From Ascidiella aspersa (lineage: Eukaryota), in assembly GCA_963924565.1 (NCBI GenBank), contig OZ004608.1, positions 4,526,001 through 4,590,000 on the forward strand: DNA of 64,000 nucleotides, read 5' to 3'. Positions 58,401 through 64,000 of the stretch are shown in pieces. Position 1 is the stretch's first letter. Each line of letters starts with the position of its first letter. Both the position numbers and the translations under genes were made by a program. Under the pieces are notes generated by a model. The model ran no database searches, was not told the origin of the DNA, and saw only the letters and a list, made by a program, of their open reading frames with translations.

Positions 58401-61400
58401 TTTTTATTTATTTTTTAAATAAATAGATATTAAAAAGGTTGTTTTCTAATTTGTTAAAAAAAATCACATCAACAAAGAAATGCAAGCAAACCTACTCATT
58501 TTCGATCAAAATCATCGCGTTCAACTCACCTCTGAGTAGCGACTCATTGAGTTGCTGATGCAAACTCGTTGTCCAGCGAACTCGGGTTTGCAATCGCTCT
58601 CAATCCTCGCCAAACCGAGCAGACCCTCGCGAGCCTCAACCTTCTGGTCGCCCACGATCTTCAGCAACTTGTGGCTGTGTGACGTAACAAAGACGGTTTG
58701 TTAAACGAAACAAGGGGCTGTGATTTGTTGTTGTTTGAATTTCGGATGGTTGTATGATCTTAAGCTAGTGGCTCTTAAACTGTTTTGTATCTTTACTGTA
58801 TAAATCAAATTTCATTATACAACCTGAAACAATTAGTAAATTTATAATCTGCAATCAATTAGCTGTAAACCAACACTTTGTGTAGTCCTTTGTGACGTAA
58901 TGTCTTAAGAGAAGTTAACTTAGAAAGGTACTCTTTACTACAAAGCATTTAAATATGTTGTATATGCTATTATTGTCAAGATTACCCCATAAACTTTGAT
59001 TTGGAGATTATTACCCACAGTTACAGAACAACTATTTCAATAAGATGCTGGACAGGGTTTATTTAGATTCTAGAAAGTTTGCATCCAGTTGTTAGTTGTG
59101 ATGCGCTTTGTATTTGCGCGTGTGTGCACGTGAGTGCGTGTATGTGCGGTCACGCGGGTCCGTTTCGAATTCGGTTGGCCCGGGTGTTCAATCAGTGCCT
59201 TCGGTTCAAGCGAGTGCAAATTGCCTTGAAAGAGTTGCACCAGGAATCAAATGCTGTGTGTTTTGCACGAACTGAATGTCTTGCCCAGTGTGAATTGAAA
59301 GGTGGCCTTTGTGTCTTGTTTACGAAAAGCTGTAAATACGACCGCAGATAACCTTTCCCAGGTGGGTAAATTTAACATTTGTGCCATTTTACACTATAAA
59401 ACTATAGAAGACTTTTGTTGTTTGGCAGTGTTCAATGTACCATTTTCAGTCCTCTTTTAGAGCTACTTTTCTAAGCAATCGCTTGCGGAACAAAATTCGG
59501 TTAAAATGTGCATTCGCCTTTCAAAATACGGCCACCAAGAGCTTCCAACGATTGTTTTAAAACTTACATGATGATTTAACATTACAAACGTCGTTATAAT
59601 GAGTGAATATTCGAGTGTTTTAGCGCTGTGTTGAAATAACTGAGTCAGATAATTTAGTTTGCCTGTTTAAACAGTCAATTCCGAAGTGTCTTTCGTGCTT
59701 TTTGCAGCCCATTTTTAGATCAATGTACTTACTCTATGAAGGCGTAGGCTGCTACGTAAGCTTACATTAAAAAAATACATAAATACAAAAAAATGAAAAA
59801 GTCAGAATCCTTAAAAACGTCTAACAATATTAGCCACTGATTTTTTCTCAAGCTTACTTGAAACTGAACACTGTGTTGCGTTCGTAGGGTGCGTCAAGCT
59901 TGACTTGCACACGGCTTCCGCGCTCAACCATGACCTTGCCTCCAAGGGTCCATGACGTAATGGCCGACGACTCAGTGGCGATTCCGGTCCTGGTCACGTG
60001 ACAATCGACGCTCATCGAGCCGGTTACCAGCACGACTCCCCTGGAAAGAGAAAGCGTTTTACGTTGTGGTAAGCGGTGGTACATTTATAGTGTTTGTCAC
60101 GGTTTTTGATTTATTGGATTCAAAAAACTTCTAAAAATGGCGTAAAATTTTATATTTTCTAATTAAATATATTTTGCCGTTTCAATCTTCTATTTTCTGA
60201 GTTTTCTGACTAGCCATTTCGTTCAAAGTGAAAATAATGTTTTTGTCGATTGTTTTCATAGAGCTTTTGCTATCAGGCTCCAATTAAAGTACAAACATGA
60301 CTTTTGATATTTCAAATAGATAGACAGCTGCCCTATTTTTTAAACTGTATTTCGATTGACGGTCGAAATCTTGAGAAAGAAGTAAGCAACATTCACAAAA
60401 CCCCAGCTAAATTGACGAAAAATTCGGTTTCGATATGGTCGAGTAGATTTCGCATTTAGTCGATCAAGTGTTAGTACCTCTTATCTTATATAAAAAAATA
60501 AATACCTCGGTGTAAGGGATCCAAGGATGTCAATAGACGGGGATGTTGAGAACATCTGTGTCATGTCCATTTTTCCGTTTGCGGTCACGTCAATGCTCGC
60601 AGTTCCGTTGAAGGCCAGTGTGAGGGGAAGTCCCGCCGATGTGGGGATCATATGAGCGCTGTTCATGAGCATCATGTCGTCGTGATACTTGTAGTTGGAT
60701 CCCTGTCATGTGAAAACGAGCAATGTTTAGGTAAACATAAGGTTGTATAATAATACTCCAACGTTATGTTAAAAGACTAATTCAGACAAATTAACAAACT
60801 CTTTTATAGGAGCATCTTTATCACCATGAAGGCGCAAAATAATACCTAGATACTTTTTTTATATTTAACGCACGAATTACCGTTGAAACGGGCATTGAAA
60901 AAGGAAATCTGTCGTGTGCATTGAAAACAAAATCTTTACTGTGCATTAAAAAGGCCTACTTCCATGAATAAAATGTTTTACCTGAGCAAGTCTTGCCAGG
61001 AATGGTGCAACGTCGATGGTTCCAACTTGAGCTTCGATCGCCGGCATTCCTTTGGTGTTCCAGTAGACCATTTCGTTACCGAAAAGTCGCATGTACATCG
61101 AGCCGCTCGGCTTGTCTTCCTTGGGAACCCGGTTGGCGTGCTACGCAAAGATTAAATCGTATTTTAAGCAGACTTTACTACGTCTTTACAAGGCAAGGAA
61201 AAGATGACTGCAGTAGACGAGTGCGCTATGTATATTTAATTTATTCCTTCTTAAAAATTTGCTACAAGTTTCGGAACGTACCAAAACAGTACAAGATGAT
61301 TAAACGCAATGTCTTTAAACAGAACTTACTTTTGCAAAAAAACTCGCATCTGCGTTTTTAATACGTAGATAAAAGTATTAGGCTGTAGAACCAAATTATA

Positions 61401-63946
61401 GTTTTGGTTTAAATGCTTTAAATTATTTTATTGAAAAAGCAACTGGGGAAAGCTTGCCAAGTGCACAAAAAATAAGCGCAAAACTTAGTTTAAAGCACTA
61501 AACAAATTTCAAAAAAACTATTACATGATCTATGGACTGTGGCTTAGTTTGAACAATATGCTAACAATAGAAAGAAATGTGATCGGCCAGTGCTACTTTT
61601 ATTGCTATTAACCTTCAACGTGATGCCTCTGTTTGGCAAATATAAAACTCCTAGGACTAGGTCATTACTGTTACTTAAGAAGCACTTAGGGTACAACAAA
61701 TACTTCTATTTCTGTATGGGCTTTGATACGTCTACTCTTATCATTGGTGAGTGTTAAACGAAACGGTAATATTTATCACCAAGGTTGAAAATTACCCATC
61801 AACTCCTTTTACCTGTGACTTGATGTCTCTCAGTCTGGAGTCGCTCGAAGATCTAGTGACGCGAACTGGAGGAATTTCTTCCACTTCATCATCATCATCT
61901 TCTTCATCATCGTCCTCAGCATCCGAGGAGAGGAGCTCACTGATCTTGTGGTTCTTAAGGAAGCCATCTGGACCCAAGAAGGATTTGAGAAGACTCTCTA
62001 CTCCCTCGACGCGTCCTCCCAACTCCAAGAGGTTGACCGCTTGTCCGAAGACATCCAAAGTGAGATCCACGGATCCACTGCGAGGAACAAAGGACTTGGG
62101 AGACCAGATCAGGGAGCTCTCCACGGTGGCTCCAGCGTTCAGCGAGTCTGCAGAAGGAAAGTGTTCGTTGATGTAATTAGAGAAAAGCAATCAGAAACGT
62201 TGATGAAATCAATGATAAGATTAAGGTGTTTACAAAAATAACTAAATTTGCTAACTATACGAAGAATCACTACTATTGGCAAGTTTGAAAACCCGGATCT
62301 GACCGGTATATTTCATGAGATTATCCTAATACAACCCTGAAAAAAGGCTATTTCCTTTGATTTACTGTTATTTGTACTTTTGATCGCATCTGACCCAGCA
62401 AAATGTTCTCCCTTAACGAAATATTTACGAAGTAAATTTACAAGGTTAAACTCTTTCGAATATGTTACTTCATCCTTTTAACGAACTTATGAGAAAAGCT
62501 GTTTGTTAAATTGTGTGGAAGCGCGTTTACGACATAACATGCATCACTGCGGGTTCTGATGCTTTCATGTTCTCAAATTAGAATCACCAACTCACCAGAG
62601 AAGATGGTTGCCTCGTAGAAGCGCGAGAACTTCCTTGGGTCAAGGTCGTACTTCTTGGCGAACTGGGCTTCGACCAGGAACGGCTTGATGTATCCCTTCA
62701 ACGGGTCGGTCGATTCCATTAGCTGGTTCATGTGGGTCCACACGAAACTGGCAACTGCAAGGCAAGTAAGCAAGTGTTAGGTAACGCGTTTTGACTTGCT
62801 AGTTTGAAAATATTTAAAAGGCCTAATTACTTCGGTGAATCCTGAACTGCATTGCTTGCTGGGCCGCAACACAGGTTTAATGCAGTTACCTATCGCTTAT
62901 AGCGTATGTAAGCATCTATAACCTTGTTTAAATTGTTGCACGACATTGGTGAACGGAAAAAAAAGCTTAATGTTTATATAGTTAAGAAAGGTTTTGTCAA
63001 GGATGAGCATACTTAGAACTGCGGCCGCATGATTTGCACCATACTGCCGAGCAAGCCGAAAATCAGTGTAACAAAGTTTTACTTAGTTTTATATGTGATT
63101 GTTCTGGATATTTTTTGTAAGCAACAACTTTTGTGGCGGTGGTTTTGGGTTTGTCCCCTCCCCCAAAAAACGCGGACCACACAAGAACGTAAGTGAGCCG
63201 GTCACCAACCTCTGGTTTATGTGGATTATATATATAATTATATATGCATTGCTAACCTTGTTGGATGGGTTCGTTGTCGAGCATGACGATGGCTTGCCTG
63301 ATGAAGCTGGGGGTCGGGCATTCCATCATTGCAAGGTAAGCTCCGATCCTCAGTTCAGAGTCCTCGGTGTTCTCGAAGAAGAGTTGTGAGATGGCCGATC
63401 TCTGCGGAGAAATTAACAGATTTTTAAACAAATCGTCTTAAGACAAGCTTAAAAGCGTAAAACGAGATAAAAGGAGTATTAGCCATTTCGTTGCGGGTTA
63501 ACTCTTTAGCTTGGAAAACAACAAACGCGTCGCAATTAACAGAGTAGCAATTTAAGTTAACAGCAAACGTAAATATTTTAATATTTTAGTGCTAAGTATC
63601 TTTTTTTTAACGATTTTTTTAACGATTTTATGAATCGATTTGTTAAGTTTGCAATGCTTTATTTGTTTTGTATTGTAATGTAGCCCAAGTTTCAAACCTT
63701 TACAAGCCAGTGTTAAAAGTCTAATTAAAGGCCGAAATTTCAGTCACATTATGATCTAATTTACGTCAGTGTTGTATGGTACAGTGCAGTCAAACTTACG
63801 TCAGTGTTGCATGGCATCCTTCTGTACGCTTGAACGGCGGCCACTCTGGTCTCCATGTCGTTTGCCACTTCGCTTGCACATTGGGCAAGGATGCTTGGGG
63901 TTGTGAAGCCACCGGCGTTACCGATCGCACGCAAGGCAAGGAGAAT
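37462..63946 (-). CDS. Giant apolipophorin / apoB-like large lipid transfer protein (LLT module, very long beta-rich region, vWD, C8, vWA-like); 5' end beyond the right edge
   Basis: 24 phase-consistent exons: 63946-63800, 63401-63257, 62754-62596, 62147-61813, 61140-60982, 60702-60506, 60040-59858, 58674-58530, 57870-57745, 57121-56965, 56636-56560, 56322-56148, 55665-55488, 54723-43575, 43150-42974, 42843-42577, 42363-42136, 41821-41639, 40721-40531, 40029-39873, 39159-39001, 38618-38526, 38187-38053, 37596-37462 (TAG); 15,057 nt. LLT motifs LRAIGNAG, DSELRIGAYLAMM, QVASFVWTHM, DPRKFSR, SFVPRS, NLLELGGRVEG, YMRLFGNE, IPTSAGLPL. vWD HFSTFDKRHF and TGGMLGLFNNEPSDD; C8 SPFRSCFPVVDPAEF; vWA-like VDLVFVVQES and FRAGVKPIIVLLSCGEC. 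Confidence 0.9.
41006..41185. mobile_element. Foldback / MITE with ~57-bp inverted arms
   Basis: cagcagaatagactagcaaagctagcaattcaggccagacactattaaaa... is the inverse of ...ttttaatagtgtctgacctgaattgctagctttgctagagtactctgctg. Confidence 0.8.
43575..54723 (-). CDS. 11,149-nt single coding exon of the lipid transfer protein
   Basis: Acceptor ttccgcag|C at 54723 completes the phase-2 codon CA from exon 55665-55488; donor GAG|gtaggt at 43575; open reading frame and exon-like GC content throughout. Confidence 0.92.
55309..55465. repeat. Palindromic short interspersed family (arm ...ttctgtatgggctttgatattcttactacgtcttactacaacctcc...)
   Basis: Inverted arms at 55309-55341 and 55396-55428; other copies or arms at ~5099-5225, ~6681-6785, ~27631-27680, ~31851-31900 and ~61711-61740. 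Confidence 0.7.
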
Positions 63947-64000
63947 CTGCAGTAGGAAGGAAAAGTTAATTTTTCACCCAAATTACCGTGTTCATTCTCA

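Overview
Eukaryotic animal genomic DNA with AT-rich introns, GC-rich exons and GT-AG splicing. An invertebrate chordate such as an ascidian is my guess, but the sequence does not prove it. Most entries in the ORF track are spurious. I built four spliced genes by hand, checking phase at every junction. (1) CDC14 dual-specificity phosphatase on the minus strand, 10 coding exons, 3' end beyond the left edge. (2) A ribosomal protein eL37/RPL37 gene on the plus strand with 4 exons and a TCT/5'TOP start. It looks intact but has lost its C2-C2 zinc finger: 1 of 4 Cys remains and there is a 7-aa in-frame deletion. (3) An 11-exon, 567-aa secreted type-B carboxylesterase on the plus strand with a full catalytic triad. 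(4) The 3' ~5,018 codons of a giant apolipophorin/apoB-like large lipid transfer protein on the minus strand, with 24 exons in the window. It includes one 11,149-nt exon built largely from a degenerate ~50-60-aa repeat, followed by vWD, C8 and vWA-like domains. Non-coding DNA holds many non-autonomous hAT-type MITEs with 8-bp TSDs (some nested), foldback elements, a TIR element wrapped around a tRNA-like Pol III cassette, and three intronic copies of an exon end plus splice donor. The most notable findings are the zinc-free eL37, the repeat-expanded giant lipoprotein exon and the tRNA-in-TIR element.
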